Assembly (NCBI GenBank): GCA_945872375.1
Contig: CAMBYR010000001.1
Coordinates: 1 to 39,806, forward strand
Reading direction: 5' to 3'
Length of the DNA stretch: 39,806 nt
DNA from: an uncultured Blautia sp.
GTDB taxonomy: Bacteria; Bacillota; Clostridia; Lachnospirales; Lachnospiraceae
Translations under genes and position numbers: made by a program
Notes under the pieces: model-generated
Told to the model about the DNA's origin: nothing
What the model saw: only the letters and a program-made list of their open reading frames with translations
The model's database searches: none
In this document: positions 1 through 10,758 of the stretch, piece after piece
Layout: every line of letters begins with the position of its first letter
Numbering within the stretch: the stretch's first letter is position 1

Positions 1-1659
1 AGGGAAAGAGGCATTACCATCAAATCTCAGGCAGTCCGTATCGTGTACCGTGCAAATGACGGTGAGGAATACATTTTCAATCTCATAGATACCCCGGGAC
101 ATGTGGATTTCAACTACGAGGTATCCCGAAGCCTTGCAGCCTGTGACGGCGCTGTGCTGGTAGTGGATGCCGCTCAGGGAATTGAAGCACAGACTCTTGC
201 CAACGTTTACCTGGCGCTGGATCACGACCTGGATGTGCTTCCTGTAATCAATAAGATCGATCTGCCCAGTGCGGAGCCGGAACGTGTCATCAATGAAATT
301 GAGGATATTATCGGTCTGGAAGCCCAGGATGCGCCTCAGATTTCTGCAAAGACCGGGCTGAACGTAGACCAGGTTCTGGAGCAGATCGTGGAAAAGATCC
401 CGGCTCCCTCCGGAAGTGTGGATGAGCCTTTGAAGGCCCTTATTTTTGATTCTATTTACGATTCCTACAAAGGGGTGATCGTGTTCATCCGTGTGATGGA
501 CGGAAGAGTGAAAAAAGGAACGCCGATCCGTATGATGGCCACCGGATTTACCACAGAGGTGGTGGAAGTGGGCTATTTTGGTGCTGGCCAGTTTATTCCC
601 TGCGAGGAGCTGACAGCGGGAATGGTAGGATATCTCACGGCCAGCATCAAAAATGTGCGGGATACCCGTGTGGGCGATACCGTCACCGACAGCTCCAGAC
701 CATGCAGCCAGGCCCTTCCGGGATACAAAAAAGTAAATCCCATGGTTTACTGCGGAATGTACCCTGCAGACGGAGCCCGGTACGGCGATCTTCGTGATGC
801 CCTGGAGAAGCTTCAGCTAAATGATGCTTCCCTGTTTTACGAGCCGGAAACATCCGTTGCCCTTGGATTTGGTTTCCGCTGCGGATTCCTGGGTCTTCTT
901 CATCTGGAGATCATTCAGGAACGTCTGGAAAGGGAATATAATCTGGACCTGGTGACCACAGCGCCCAGTGTTATTTATAAAGTACACAAGACCAATGGAG
1001 AAGTCATTGATCTGACCAACCCCACCAACCTTCCGGATCCTTCGGAGATCGATTATATGGAGGAACCGCTGGTCGATGCGGAGATCATGGTGACGACGGA
1101 GTTTATCGGGGCCATTATGGATCTTTGCCAGGAACGCCGGGGACAGTACCAGGGCATGGATTATATGGAAGAAACCCGTGCTCTTCTGAAATATAAGCTT
1201 CCGCTGAATGAGATCATTTATGATTTCTTTGATGCACTGAAATCCCGTTCCAGAGGGTATGCGTCTCTGGACTATGAGCTGTGCGGCTACGAACGAAGCG
1301 AGCTCGTGAAGCTGGATATTCTGGTCAATAAAGAAGATGTGGATGCCCTTTCCTTTATTGTTCATGCAGATACGGCTTATGAACGGGGAAGAAAAATGTG
1401 TGAAAAGCTGAAGGAAGAAAGTCCGCGGCAGCTCTTTGAAATTCCCATTCAGGCTGCCATCGGAAGCAAGATCATTGCCCGTGAAACGGTGAAGGCCATG
1501 AGGAAAGACGTTCTTGCCAAATGCTATGGCGGTGATATTACCCGAAAGAAGAAGCTTCTGGAAAAGCAGAAGGAAGGAAAGAAGCGTATGCGTCAGGTGG
1601 GAAATGTGGAAATTCCGCAGAAAGCGTTTATGAGCGTTCTGAAGCTGGACGATAAATAA
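1..1659 (+). CDS. lepA: Elongation factor 4 (LepA), 5'-truncated by the window edge
   Basis: The frame is open from base 1 ([15 protein letters not shown]). Motifs [23 protein letters not shown] and the C-terminal [29 protein letters not shown] are present. Confidence 0.98.
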   Translation, partial: RERGITIKSQAVRIVYRANDGEEYIFNLIDTPGHVDFNYEVSRSLAACDGAVLVVDAAQGIEAQTLANVYLALDHDLDVLPVINKIDLPSAEPERVINEIEDIIGLEAQDAPQISAKTGLNVDQVLEQIVEKIPAPSGSVDEPLKALIFDSIYDSYKGVIVFIRVMDGRVKKGTPIRMMATGFTTEVVEVGYFGAGQFIPCEELTAGMVGYLTASIKNVRDTRVGDTVTDSSRPCSQALPGYKKVNPMVYCGMYPADGARYGDLRDALEKLQLNDASLFYEPETSVALGFGFRCGFLGLLHLEIIQERLEREYNLDLVTTAPSVIYKVHKTNGEVIDLTNPTNLPDPSEIDYMEEPLVDAEIMVTTEFIGAIMDLCQERRGQYQGMDYMEETRALLKYKLPLNEIIYDFFDALKSRSRGYASLDYELCGYERSELVKLDILVNKEDVDALSFIVHADTAYERGRKMCEKLKEESPRQLFEIPIQAAIGSKIIARETVKAMRKDVLAKCYGGDITRKKKLLEKQKEGKKRMRQVGNVEIPQKAFMSVLKLDDK

Positions 1660-1670
1660 GGAGTTGCATT

Positions 1671-1952
1671 ATGAGAAAACGATACAGGATCATGGCGGCT
1701 GTTTTCCTTGCAGCAGGGCTGTTTTCCGGATGCGGCGGATCTAAGGATCCGGAAAGCACACAGGTGATTCAGCTTACCATTACTCCGGAGGCGACACCAA
1801 CTCCGGAGCTTTCTCAGGTGAATCCGGATGCAGTGGTAACAAACGGCAGTCTTACGATGATCAATGAGTACACAGCAGACCGCGGCACTCCTGCAGCAGA
1901 GACGGAGCAGGAGCCGGTGCCGGAGGAAGAAACATCTGATGAAGAATCATAA
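1671..1952 (+). CDS. Small putative lipoprotein
   Basis: RBS AAGGAG precedes it. Basic N-terminus, hydrophobic stretch and lipobox LFSG-C, followed by a Thr/Pro-rich, acidic tail. Confidence 0.75.
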   Translation: MRKRYRIMAAVFLAAGLFSGCGGSKDPESTQVIQLTITPEATPTPELSQVNPDAVVTNGSLTMINEYTADRGTPAAETEQEPVPEEETSDEES

Positions 1953-3081
1953 TATGCCAAAGCCGCTGGAAATCTATGTCCACATTCCTTTTTGTGCAAA
2001 AAAATGTGCGTACTGTGATTTCCTGTCTGCCCCTGCAGGGAGAAAACAGCAGGAGGAGTATGGACAGGCGGTCAGAAAAGAGATCCGGGGATTGTCAGAT
2101 ACGGAGGATTTTGAGGTGGTTTCCGTTTTTTTCGGAGGAGGAACCCCGTCCCTTCCGGAGGCATCTCTTCTGACAGATATCCTGGATGAACTGAAAATAA
2201 AACTGAAATTTTCCCCGGAGGCAGAGATCACCATCGAAGCTAATCCGGGGACTTTGACGAAAGAGAAGCTTTCTGCCTATCGGAATGCCGGAATCAACCG
2301 CCTGAGTCTGGGGCTGCAGTCGGCAGATAACCGGGAACTGCAGATCCTTGGCAGGATCCATACCTTTGAAGAATTCCTGGAAAGCTGGCGGCTGGCGCTG
2401 GAAGCCGGATTTGACAATATCAATGTGGACCTGATGTTTGCCCTTCCGGATCAGACAGAGGCAGGATGGGAACAGACTCTTCGAAGAACGGCAAAGCTGG
2501 GACCTGCTCATATATCTGCATACAGCCTGATCGTCGAGGAGGGAACTCCCTTTGCAGAGAGAGAATTGAACCTTCCGGACGAGGATACGGAATACCGCAT
2601 GTATGACAGGACAGCGGAGGTTCTGGCGGAATACGGATATGAGCAGTATGAGATTTCCAATTATGCCAGACCTGGGGCTGCCTGCCGCCATAATCTGGGA
2701 TATTGGGACAGGACAGAATATCTGGGGATCGGTCTGGGCGCAGCTTCTCTTTTTGGCGGGCAGCGTTTTTCCAACACTGCAGTGATGGCAGAATATCTGG
2801 CAGACAGCGGTGATCCGAATAAAATCCGGAGAAATCTTCAGACGCTGACCCTCCAGGAGGAAATGGAAGAATTTATGTTTCTGGGACTTCGGAAAACAGC
2901 CGGAGTCAGCGAAGCGATATTCGAAGAGAAATTTGGAAAGAATATGAATGAAAAATATGGATCCGTCATTGAAAAATATGTGAGAACCGGATTTCTGGAG
3001 CGCAGGGATGGACATGTCCGTCTTACCGGAAGGGGAATTCACGTAAGCAATACCATTATGGCGGATTTCCTGGAAGGATAG
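1939..3081 (+). CDS. hemW: Radical SAM heme chaperone HemW (HemN-like)
   Basis: YVHIPFC, CxxxCxxC (CAKKCAYC), GGGTPS, YEISNY and HNxxYW motifs; downstream of lepA as is typical. Start moved from 1864 to ATG 1939 (alternative 1954). Confidence 0.92.
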   Translation: MKNHNMPKPLEIYVHIPFCAKKCAYCDFLSAPAGRKQQEEYGQAVRKEIRGLSDTEDFEVVSVFFGGGTPSLPEASLLTDILDELKIKLKFSPEAEITIEANPGTLTKEKLSAYRNAGINRLSLGLQSADNRELQILGRIHTFEEFLESWRLALEAGFDNINVDLMFALPDQTEAGWEQTLRRTAKLGPAHISAYSLIVEEGTPFAERELNLPDEDTEYRMYDRTAEVLAEYGYEQYEISNYARPGAACRHNLGYWDRTEYLGIGLGAASLFGGQRFSNTAVMAEYLADSGDPNKIRRNLQTLTLQEEMEEFMFLGLRKTAGVSEAIFEEKFGKNMNEKYGSVIEKYVRTGFLERRDGHVRLTGRGIHVSNTIMADFLEG

Positions 3082-3103
3082 AGAGAACCGGCAGGAGGAA
3101 TAC

Positions 3104-5947
3104 ATGAAAACAAATACAAAAGGAAAGAAATTTATCAGAATAAGGGGCGCAAACGTCAATAATCTGAAAAATTTAAGTGTGGATATTCCAAGAGATGAAT
3201 TTGTGGTTTTTACCGGAGTCAGCGGCTCCGGTAAATCTTCTCTTGCATTTGATACCATATATGCGGAAGGACAGAGACGATATATGGAGTCCCTGTCCTC
3301 CTATGCCCGTCAGTTTCTCGGGCAGATGGAGAAGCCGGATGTGGAGCTGATCGAAGGTCTGCCGCCGGCCATTTCCATTGATCAGAAATCAACCAACAGA
3401 AACCCACGTTCCACGGTTGGAACGGTAACGGAGATTTACGATTATTTTCGTCTTCTGTATGCAAGGATCGGAATTCCCCACTGCCCGAAATGCGGCAGAG
3501 AAATCAGAAAACAGACCGTGGATCAGATGGTGGATACGATCATGAGTTTTCCGGAGCGTACAAAGCTTCAGCTTCTGGCACCTGTGGTGAGGGGACGGAA
3601 GGGAACGCATGCAAAGCTTCTGGAAAATGCCAGAAAGAGCGGCTATGTGCGTGTACAGATCGACGGAAACCTTTACGAATTGTCCGAGGAGATATCTCTG
3701 GATAAAAATATCAAGCATAACATCGAGATCATTGTGGACCGTCTTGTGGTGAAGCCGGGAATTCAGAAAAGACTGACAGATTCCATTGAAACGGTGCTGA
3801 ATCTGGCGGATGGTCTTCTGATGGTGGACACCATGGACGGAAATATTCACAATTTCAGCCAGAGTTTTTCCTGCCCGTCCTGCGAGATCAGTATTTCGGA
3901 AATCGAGCCAAGAAGCTTTTCCTTTAATAATCCTTTTGGAGCCTGCCCGTCCTGTGCAGGTCTTGGCTACCGCATGGAGTTTGATCCGGATCTGATGATT
4001 CCGGACCGGTCCTTAAGCATTCTGGAAGGAGCCATTGCGGTGATGGGATGGCAGTCCTGCACGGACAAGGGGAGCTTCACAAGGGCGATCCTGGATGCGC
4101 TGGCAAGGGAATATCGGTTCAGCCTGGAGACGCCTTTCCGGGAGTACCCCGCGGAAATCCAGAATCTTCTGATCTACGGAACCAACAGCCGCTCCGTAAA
4201 GGTCCACTATAAGGGCCAGAGAGGAGAGGGGATCTATGATGTGACATTCCCGGGACTTGTGCGCAATGTGGAGCAGCGGTATCGTGAAACCGGGTCTGAT
4301 ACCATGAAGCAGGAATATGAAACCTTTATGCGGATCACGCCCTGTAAGGAATGCCGCGGACAACGATTGAAAAAAGAGGCCCTTGCCGTAACAGTCAGCG
4401 GAAAAAATATTTATGAGGTGACAGAGCTTTCTATTGAAAAGCTCAGAGAATTTATGGGAAATCTGGATCTGACAGAACAGCAGGAGCTGATCGGCCGGCA
4501 GATCCTGAAGGAGATCCGCGCCCGGGTTGGCTTCCTTTCCGAGGTTGGCCTGAATTATCTGTCTCTGGGCCGTGCCACGGGAACTCTTTCCGGCGGTGAA
4601 GCACAGCGAATCCGTCTTGCCACTCAGATCGGTTCCGGCCTTGTGGGGGTTGCCTATATTCTGGACGAACCGAGTATTGGCCTTCATCAGAGGGATAATG
4701 ACAAGCTTCTGCGCTCACTGATGCGTCTCAGGGATATGGGAAACAGCCTGATCGTGGTGGAACATGATGAGGATACCATGCGTGCAGCCGACTGCGTGGT
4801 GGATATTGGTCCCGGTGCAGGAGAACACGGAGGAAAACTTGTGCAGATCGGTACGGCGGAAGATCTGATGAACAATCCGGAATCCCTGACAGGTGCCTAT
4901 CTCAGCGGAAAAATCCGGATTCCGGTTCCGGCAGAACGGAAAAAGCCTGCAGGTTATCTGAAAATTCTGGGTGCCGCGGAGAACAACCTGAAAAATGTGA
5001 ATGTGGAGATCCCCCTTGGGGTCATGACCTGTATTACCGGTGTATCGGGATCGGGAAAAAGTTCGCTGATCAATGAAATTCTGTATAAACGTCTTGCAAG
5101 GGATCTGAATCATGCCAGAACGATTCCGGGAAAACACAGGGATATTGAGGGCATCAGACAGCTGGATAAGGTAATCGCTATCGATCAGTCCCCCATTGGG
5201 CGGACGCCGCGGTCGAATCCTGCTACTTATACCGGTGTGTTTGATCAGATCCGGGACCTGTTTGCATCGACAGCAGATGCGAAGGCCAGAGGCTATAAGA
5301 AGGGCAGATTCAGCTTTAATGTCAAGGGTGGAAGATGCGAGGCCTGCAGCGGTGACGGTATTGTGAAAATCGAAATGCATTTCCTGTCGGATGTCTATGT
5401 GCCCTGTGAGGTCTGCCGCGGAAAACGGTACAACAGGGAGACGCTGGAAGTGCGTTATAAGGATAAAAATATTTACGATGTGCTGAATATGACTGTGGAG
5501 GAGGCTCTGACATTTTTTGAAAATGTGCCGTCCATCAGGAGAAAGATTGAAACTCTTTATGATGTGGGACTTTCCTATATCCGTCTGGGTCAGCCATCTA
5601 CAGAACTTTCCGGAGGAGAAGCACAGAGAATTAAACTGGCGACAGAGCTGAGCCGCAGAAGTACCGGAAAAACCATTTATATTCTGGATGAGCCCACTAC
5701 GGGTCTGCATTTCGCAGATGTGCACAAGCTGATCGACATTCTTCGCAGGCTGACGGAAGGCGGCAATACAGTGGTGGTGATCGAGCATAATCTGGATGTG
5801 ATCAAAACGGCGGATTATATTATTGATCTTGGACCGGAAGGCGGAGATCAGGGCGGAACTGTAATCGCACAGGGAACGCCGGAGGAGATTGCGAAAAATT
5901 CCGCTTCCTATACAGGCCAGTATGTGGCAAGGTATCTGGAGGAGTAA
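3104..5947 (+). CDS. uvrA: Excinuclease ABC subunit A
   Basis: Two Walker A motifs (GVSGSGKSS), two LSGGEAQRI signatures, zinc fingers, 947 aa. Confidence 0.98.
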   Translation: MKTNTKGKKFIRIRGANVNNLKNLSVDIPRDEFVVFTGVSGSGKSSLAFDTIYAEGQRRYMESLSSYARQFLGQMEKPDVELIEGLPPAISIDQKSTNRNPRSTVGTVTEIYDYFRLLYARIGIPHCPKCGREIRKQTVDQMVDTIMSFPERTKLQLLAPVVRGRKGTHAKLLENARKSGYVRVQIDGNLYELSEEISLDKNIKHNIEIIVDRLVVKPGIQKRLTDSIETVLNLADGLLMVDTMDGNIHNFSQSFSCPSCEISISEIEPRSFSFNNPFGACPSCAGLGYRMEFDPDLMIPDRSLSILEGAIAVMGWQSCTDKGSFTRAILDALAREYRFSLETPFREYPAEIQNLLIYGTNSRSVKVHYKGQRGEGIYDVTFPGLVRNVEQRYRETGSDTMKQEYETFMRITPCKECRGQRLKKEALAVTVSGKNIYEVTELSIEKLREFMGNLDLTEQQELIGRQILKEIRARVGFLSEVGLNYLSLGRATGTLSGGEAQRIRLATQIGSGLVGVAYILDEPSIGLHQRDNDKLLRSLMRLRDMGNSLIVVEHDEDTMRAADCVVDIGPGAGEHGGKLVQIGTAEDLMNNPESLTGAYLSGKIRIPVPAERKKPAGYLKILGAAENNLKNVNVEIPLGVMTCITGVSGSGKSSLINEILYKRLARDLNHARTIPGKHRDIEGIRQLDKVIAIDQSPIGRTPRSNPATYTGVFDQIRDLFASTADAKARGYKKGRFSFNVKGGRCEACSGDGIVKIEMHFLSDVYVPCEVCRGKRYNRETLEVRYKDKNIYDVLNMTVEEALTFFENVPSIRRKIETLYDVGLSYIRLGQPSTELSGGEAQRIKLATELSRRSTGKTIYILDEPTTGLHFADVHKLIDILRRLTEGGNTVVVIEHNLDVIKTADYIIDLGPEGGDQGGTVIAQGTPEEIAKNSASYTGQYVARYLEE

Positions 5948-5960
5948 CATGAAAAGAGAC

Positions 5961-5989
5961 TTTTCTTTTTAAGCAATGTTGTATATAAT
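5961..5989 (+). promoter_or_regulatory. Putative sigma-A promoter for the mreB paralog
   Basis: TATAAT at 5984-5989; poor -35 (TTTTCT at 5961-5966) at 17-bp spacing; AT-rich intergenic region. Confidence 0.45.
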
Positions 5990-6106
5990 GATACCAGGAA
6001 AAGCACGGAGCAATCCGCAGGTATCATAGTTGGAGTCAAAGTTACTGTTCAAAGGTAATATCCCGAGACAGTCAAAAGCCCGAAAAAGCAGAAAGGGGGG
6101 AGGCTT

Positions 6107-7096
6107 ATGCCGGCAAGTGATATAGGAATCGATCTTGGAACCAGAAACTGTCTGGTATATTCCACAGGAAAGGGTCTTGTACTGAAAGAGCCTTCCGTAG
6201 TGGTATACGACAAAGAAACCGAAAAAATACGAGCCATCGGAGAAGAAGCACGCCAGATGACAGGACATCTGACTTCGGGCATGGAGCTGATCCGTCCGAT
6301 TCGTCAGGGGATGATCGTAGACTATAAAGTCATGGAAAAAATGCTGAAATATTTTGTCGCAAGAGCCCTGGGCAGACGAGCCTTCCGGAAACCACGCATC
6401 AGCATCTGTGTCCCAAGCGGGATCACAGAAATCGAGCGGAAAGCCATAGAAGAAGCAACCTTTCAGTCCGGCGCAAGAGACGTGTTCCTCATAGAAGAAC
6501 CCATTGCGGCCGCCATCGGGGCAGGGGTGGACATCACCAAGCCATATGGAACCCTGATCGTGGATATCGGAGCAGGAACCACAGACGCAGCAGTCATCTC
6601 CCTGTCAGGTGTGGTGGTATCCGGATCTGTGAAGGTGGCAGGAGATGCATTCAACCAGGCAATTATGGATTATTTAAGGAGCACCCACAGCCTGTTTATC
6701 GGTGAGGATGCTGCAGAGAAAATAAAAATAGAAATCGGAACTGCAAGTCAGGAGTCAAATCCCAGAACCATGGAAGTAAAAGGCCGAAATATTATGACCG
6801 GCCTTCCAAAAGTGATGACTCTTACATCTGAAGAAGTGCGGATGGCACTTCGGGAGCCTACAGGACAGATCGTGGAACTGGTACACAGCATTCTGGAAAA
6901 AACACCGCCGGAGCTGGCTGCGGATATTGTGGACAGAGGAATCATCCTGACAGGCGGAGGCGCGCTTCTTCATGGAATGGACGCGCTGATCGAGCAGAAA
7001 ACAGGTGTTTCTGCCACGACCGTTCAGGATGCTATGACGGCAGTTGTGATTGGAACAGGAAAATATGCGGATGTCATGGAAAAATCACCATATTGA
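6107..7096 (+). CDS. mreB: MreB/Mbl-family actin-like rod-shape protein (stand-alone paralog)
   Basis: IGIDLGT, EPSVV, EEPIAAAIGAG, VDIGAGTT, LTGGGALL and TPPELAADI motifs. No mreC or mreD follows. Confidence 0.9.
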   Translation: MPASDIGIDLGTRNCLVYSTGKGLVLKEPSVVVYDKETEKIRAIGEEARQMTGHLTSGMELIRPIRQGMIVDYKVMEKMLKYFVARALGRRAFRKPRISICVPSGITEIERKAIEEATFQSGARDVFLIEEPIAAAIGAGVDITKPYGTLIVDIGAGTTDAAVISLSGVVVSGSVKVAGDAFNQAIMDYLRSTHSLFIGEDAAEKIKIEIGTASQESNPRTMEVKGRNIMTGLPKVMTLTSEEVRMALREPTGQIVELVHSILEKTPPELAADIVDRGIILTGGGALLHGMDALIEQKTGVSATTVQDAMTAVVIGTGKYADVMEKSPY

Positions 7097-7130
7097 TTTT
7101 GGGGGATGTCCGTCTGTCAGTTGAAAACGG

Positions 7131-7160
7131 AGGGTGCTGCACGGGAGCAGTGCCCTTTTT
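7131..7160 (+). terminator. Putative intrinsic terminator after the mreB paralog
   Basis: AGGGTGCTGC-ACGGGA-GCAGTGCCCT stem (2 G-U pairs) followed by a T run. Confidence 0.6.
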
Positions 7161-7178
7161 ACCATACAGGAGGAATGG

Positions 7179-9425
7179 ATGAGCGAAACAGTAACCGGAT
7201 ATATCGATCATATTATTTTCCGGAATGAAGACAATGGGTATACGGTCATGGTCCTGAAGAACCAGGATGGAGAAGAGCTGACCTGTGTGGGGACGTTCCC
7301 GGCAGTCAGCCAGGGAGTTTCCATAGAAGCCACAGGCTCCTACACCCGCCATTCCGTATATGGAAAGCAGTTTCAGATACAGTCTTTTACAGAAAAGATG
7401 CCGGAGGATTCCCTTGCCATGGAACGGTATCTGGGCTCCGGTGCCATCAAAGGAATCGGCGCAGCTCTGGCAGGAAGGATTGTCCGCCATTTTGGAGAGG
7501 ATACCCTGCGTATCGTGGAGGAGGAACCGGAACGGCTTGCGGAGGTAAAGGGAATCAGTGAAAAAAAGGCACGGGAGATTGCGGCACAGGTAACGGAAAA
7601 GGCCGATATGAGACGGGCCATGATGTTTTTGCAGAAATACGGCATTTCCCTGAATCTGGGTGCAAAGATCTACCAGAAATACCGGGAATCCGTATATAGT
7701 GTTCTGCAGGAGAATCCCTATCGTCTGGCAGATGATATCAGCGGCGTCGGATTTAAGATCGCCGATGAAATTGCATCCCGAATCGGGATTCATACAGATT
7801 CAGATTACAGGATCCGAAGCGGAATGATGTATACTCTTTTGCAGGCTTCCGGCGAAGGGCACATTTATCTGCCAAAGAAGATTCTTTTTTCCAGAGCGTC
7901 GGAGCTTCTGGACGTGGACCCTTCCTATATGGAAAAGCACCTGATGGATCTTTCTCTGGAAAGAAAAGTGATCCTGAAGGAACAGGAGGATTCTCTTCTT
8001 GTTTATCCGTCCATGTATTACCGGCTGGAACTGAATACAGCCAGGATGCTCTCGGAACTGAATATTTTGTGTCCGGAGGATCCTGCTCTGATGGACAGGA
8101 GGATTGCCGGAATTGAAAAAGAGACAGGAATGGTCCTGGATGAGATGCAGAGAAAGGCAGTAAAAGAGGCTGCATGCCATGGCCTGTTCATTCTCACCGG
8201 AGGACCCGGTACCGGAAAGACCACGACCATCAATGCCATTATCCGGTATTTTGAAGGAGAAGGCGCAGAGCTTCGGCTTGCGGCGCCTACCGGCCGTGCG
8301 GCCAAACGTATGACGGAAACAACGGGATATGAAGCACAGACCATTCACCGTCTTCTGGAGCTTACCGGGCTTCCGGACGAGGAGCGGGAAGGGCAGCCCA
8401 TTCATTTTGAACGAAATGCGGAAAATCCGCTTGAAGCAGATGTGATCATCATTGATGAAATGTCCATGGTGGATATTCATCTGATGCATTCTCTCCTGCA
8501 GGCCATAACGGCCGGCACCAGACTGGTTCTGGTAGGAGATGAAAATCAGCTTCCCAGCGTGGGACCGGGAAATGTACTGCGGGATATCATCCGTTCCGGA
8601 TGTTTTCCGGTGGTAGAGCTTACCAAGATCTTCCGCCAGGCATCGGAGAGCGATATTGTGGTAAATGCGCACAGGATCAACCGGGGGGAACCGGTGACAC
8701 TGGATAATAAAAGCAGGGATTTCTTTTTCCTGAAGCGTTATGATGCGGATGTGATCATTCGTGTGCTCATCGCGCTGATCCAGGAAAAGCTGCCGCGCTA
8801 TGTGGAGGCAAGGCCCTTTGATATTCAGGTGCTGACGCCTATGCGAAAAGGACTTCTGGGAGTGGAAAGGCTGAATCAGATCCTTCAGATGTATCTGAAC
8901 CCGGAAGATGGAAGAAAAAAAGAAAAGGAAGTGGGTCAGCATCTCTTCCGTGAAGGCGACAAGGTGATGCAGATCCGGAACAACTACCAGATGGAATGGG
9001 AGGTCCGGGGGAAATATGGAATTCCTGTGGAGAAAGGTGTGGGCGTATTTAATGGTGATACCGGCATTTTGAAAACCATCAATGAATTTGCGGAAACGGC
9101 GGAAGTGGAGTTTGAGGACGGACGGTTTGCCGAATATTCCTTTAAGCAGCTGGAAGAGCTGGAGCTGGCTTATGCCATTACCATCCATAAATCACAGGGA
9201 TCGGAGTACCCGGCTGTGGTGATGCCTATTCTTTCCGGACCGAGAATGCTTCTGAACAGAAACCTTCTGTATACGGCGGTGACAAGGGCACGAAAATGTG
9301 TGACAATCGTGGGAAGCGAGGAAACCTTCCGTGAAATGATACGAAACGAAGAACAGCAGAAACGGTTCAGTACCCTGGATGTGAGAATTCAGGAACTGGA
9401 AAGGATCAGAGAGCCATCTGTCTGA
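7179..9425 (+). CDS. recD2: ATP-dependent RecD2-like SF1B DNA helicase
   Basis: HhH repeats (IKGIG, VKGIS), Walker A GGPGTGKT, DEMSM, GDENQLPSVGPG, AITIHKSQGSE. Start ATG 7179 follows AGGAGG. Confidence 0.95.
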   Translation: MSETVTGYIDHIIFRNEDNGYTVMVLKNQDGEELTCVGTFPAVSQGVSIEATGSYTRHSVYGKQFQIQSFTEKMPEDSLAMERYLGSGAIKGIGAALAGRIVRHFGEDTLRIVEEEPERLAEVKGISEKKAREIAAQVTEKADMRRAMMFLQKYGISLNLGAKIYQKYRESVYSVLQENPYRLADDISGVGFKIADEIASRIGIHTDSDYRIRSGMMYTLLQASGEGHIYLPKKILFSRASELLDVDPSYMEKHLMDLSLERKVILKEQEDSLLVYPSMYYRLELNTARMLSELNILCPEDPALMDRRIAGIEKETGMVLDEMQRKAVKEAACHGLFILTGGPGTGKTTTINAIIRYFEGEGAELRLAAPTGRAAKRMTETTGYEAQTIHRLLELTGLPDEEREGQPIHFERNAENPLEADVIIIDEMSMVDIHLMHSLLQAITAGTRLVLVGDENQLPSVGPGNVLRDIIRSGCFPVVELTKIFRQASESDIVVNAHRINRGEPVTLDNKSRDFFFLKRYDADVIIRVLIALIQEKLPRYVEARPFDIQVLTPMRKGLLGVERLNQILQMYLNPEDGRKKEKEVGQHLFREGDKVMQIRNNYQMEWEVRGKYGIPVEKGVGVFNGDTGILKTINEFAETAEVEFEDGRFAEYSFKQLEELELAYAITIHKSQGSEYPAVVMPILSGPRMLLNRNLLYTAVTRARKCVTIVGSEETFREMIRNEEQQKRFSTLDVRIQELERIREPSV

Positions 9426-9470
9426 TCATGGAAAAAACTGAGGGGCGTCATCGGGGAGAAAGGACGCTGA

Positions 9471-10211
9471 TTGAATCATTTACATAAAACTGCAGAGAGG
9501 CTGCTTCATCTTCTGTATCCGCCAAGATGCCCGCTCTGCCATCGGATCCTTGGAAATCCGGACAGGCTGATCTGCGAAGACTGTGCAGGACACCTGAAGC
9601 CAGTTTCCGGAGCCAGGTGTCTGAAGTGCGGAAATCCTGTCGGCGGAGAAGAAGAGTACTGCATTGAATGCCGAAACCGAAAAAGGGGATTTACGGCAGG
9701 GAAAGGAATTTTTCCGTATGATGAAAAAATGAAGGCCTCTGTTTTGAAATATAAATATCAGGGCTGTCGGGAATTCGGGCGGTTCTATGCGTTTGCCATG
9801 TATCGGTATGCAGGCCGGGAGCTTGCCCTGTGGAAGCCGGATATCCTGGTTCCGATTCCCATGCATCCCCGAAAACAGCGGGTGCGCGGATTTAACCAGG
9901 CAGAAGATCTGGCAGAGATGCTTTCGGATTTTTCCGGAATTCCTGCGGCAGAAGGAATCCTTCGAAAAACGAAACGGACAAAATCTCAGAAAAAACTGGA
10001 TGCGCGAAGCCGCAGGCAGAATCTGAAAGGTGCTTTTCAGGCATGCCGGAGGCTGGACGGACTGAAAATCCTGCTGATTGATGATGTATATACTACCGGA
10101 AGCACTGTGGAGGCAGCGGCGGAGTGTCTGCTGGAACAGGGAGCAGAGCAGGTTTTCTTCCTTACCCTGTGCCAGGGAAGCGGAGAAGAAGGTGATTCCG
10201 GACAACACTAA
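9471..10211 (+). CDS. comFC: ComF-family (ComFC) phosphoribosyltransferase-like protein with double zinc ribbon
   Basis: N-terminal CxxC pairs, RGFNQAE and LLIDDVYTTGST; TTG start. Confidence 0.9.
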   Translation: MNHLHKTAERLLHLLYPPRCPLCHRILGNPDRLICEDCAGHLKPVSGARCLKCGNPVGGEEEYCIECRNRKRGFTAGKGIFPYDEKMKASVLKYKYQGCREFGRFYAFAMYRYAGRELALWKPDILVPIPMHPRKQRVRGFNQAEDLAEMLSDFSGIPAAEGILRKTKRTKSQKKLDARSRRQNLKGAFQACRRLDGLKILLIDDVYTTGSTVEAAAECLLEQGAEQVFFLTLCQGSGEEGDSGQH

Positions 10212-10250
10212 AATGGAATGGTTTTGCCTGATTTATCGCAGAAAAAACAC

Positions 10251-10279
10251 TTTTCATAAAATAGGATATATGTTACAAT
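10251..10279 (+). promoter_or_regulatory. Putative extended -10 promoter for the membrane protein-cdaA-cdaR-HPr cluster
   Basis: TG-T-TACAAT at 10271-10279; TTTTCA at 10251-10256 at 17-bp spacing. Confidence 0.5.
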
Positions 10280-10323
10280 TAATCTATATGCCTGAGTATG
10301 TGAACGGCTGAAAGGAGCAGGCT

Positions 10324-10758
10324 ATGATAAACGAAGAAAAAGTAAAAATCATGAATAAGCTCGCCATGTATGAAAAAGGCGAGGGGAGAAAATATCTTCC
10401 GGTCAGTAAATATTACAGAAGTGACTATATCGGTCTGGCACTGATCAAAAACTTCTTTCTGATCACCATCGGATATGTACTGGCAGTGGCAGGTATTGGA
10501 GTTTATTTTGGAGAATATCTGCTGGATAACATACATAAAATGGATCTGCTTGTTCTCGGAATCTATATTGTTTCCGGATATGTGGCAGCCATTGTGTTTT
10601 TTTCTCTTCTGACATATATCCAGTATTCTGTGAAATATCATCTGGCAAAAAAAAGTGTGAAACGGTATTACGAAAATCTTACCAGACTGGAAAAGATCTA
10701 CAGCCGTGAAGAAAAGAAAACAGCGGGACGCAAAGCGGCAGGAGGAAATAAAAGATGA
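10324..10758 (+). CDS. Hypothetical two-TM membrane protein
   Basis: RBS AAGGAG, two hydrophobic segments, ATGA overlap with the next gene. Confidence 0.8.
   Translation: MINEEKVKIMNKLAMYEKGEGRKYLPVSKYYRSDYIGLALIKNFFLITIGYVLAVAGIGVYFGEYLLDNIHKMDLLVLGIYIVSGYVAAIVFFSLLTYIQYSVKYHLAKKSVKRYYENLTRLEKIYSREEKKTAGRKAAGGNKR

Noticed and set aside
3082-3103. LexA/SOS box before uvrA
   Set aside because: No GAAC-N4-GTTC in the 22-bp gap.
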